DNA of 52,381 nt from positions 1 to 52,381 of the forward strand of contig JARIGQ010000003.1 in the NCBI GenBank assembly GCA_029288775.1, read 5' to 3'. The notes below the pieces were generated by a model that had not been told where the DNA came from, ran no database searches, and saw only the letters and a list, made by a program, of their open reading frames with translations. The stretch is from Candidatus Nomurabacteria bacterium. GTDB taxonomy: Bacteria > Patescibacteriota > Minisyncoccia > Phycocordibacterales > UBA5272. The translations under genes and the position numbers were made by a program. Below, in pieces: positions 52,256 through 52,381 of the stretch; positions within the stretch are counted from its first letter, which is position 1, and the number at the start of each line of letters is the position of its first letter.

Positions 52256-52381
52256 ATGCAGGAAGCATCCGTTGAAACTTGCCAAACCTTCACCTTTGCG
52301 GGAACAAGGGAGCAAAGGAATGCTCTGGATGAGGTCTACCCCAAGATCTCTAAGGAGTACAACATCAAGTTTTCCGAGGAA
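52256..52381 (+). CDS. cassette H, ORF2: 5' part of an ORF of unknown function, runs off the window
   Basis: GAGGAG (52242-52247) lies 8 nt before ATG 52256. It encodes MQEASVETCQTFTFAGTREQRNALDEVYPKISKEYNIKFSEE. The upstream -10 is TGaTAAAAT. Confidence 0.4.
   Translation, partial: MQEASVETCQTFTFAGTREQRNALDEVYPKISKEYNIKFSEE

Overview
This 52.4-kb window is chromosomal DNA from a small-genome, moderately AT-rich bacterium. Gene content and architecture suggest Candidate Phyla Radiation/Patescibacteria (inference only). The backbone is housekeeping. It includes a nifS 3' fragment, clpB, msrAB, a MacAB-like ABC efflux set, leuS, mltG, mnmA, a ZIP/Fur-family pair and bcp. It also carries a complete F1Fo ATP synthase operon (atpBEFHAGDC), uppP, an SMC-like ATPase, rnr, rpsP-KH-trmD, rarA, prfB, ftsEX and a Pif1/RecD-like helicase. 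There are four canonical tRNAs: Tyr-GTA, Thr-CGT, Thr-GGT and Gln-CTG. UGA is used as a stop and RF2 is present, so the code is standard. Most native genes lack a Shine-Dalgarno (SD) sequence. At least 16 of them have a TATACT-like -10 hexamer only 6-8 nt before the ATG, which suggests leaderless mRNAs. The most unusual signal is a series of at least eight small, G+C-rich, SD-led gene cassettes, each with its own promoter-like element and terminator, sitting in intergenic gaps. One lies antisense inside the atp operon between atpB and atpE. I cannot assign any of their proteins to a known family. Other notable items are listed below.
- A complete Nudix hydrolase domain is inserted into LeuRS.
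- A 98-nt non-canonical tRNA-like gene lies next to one cassette.
- Two GAAC-N4-GTTC (LexA/Cheo-box-like) palindromes sit upstream of rarA and the helicase.
- The SMC lacks a recognisable hinge.
- The ATP synthase delta subunit and RF2 are both short.
- A candidate orphan sRNA follows the atp operon.
No CRISPR array, transposase, integrase or rRNA was seen. All composition statements are by eye. No searches or computations were run.
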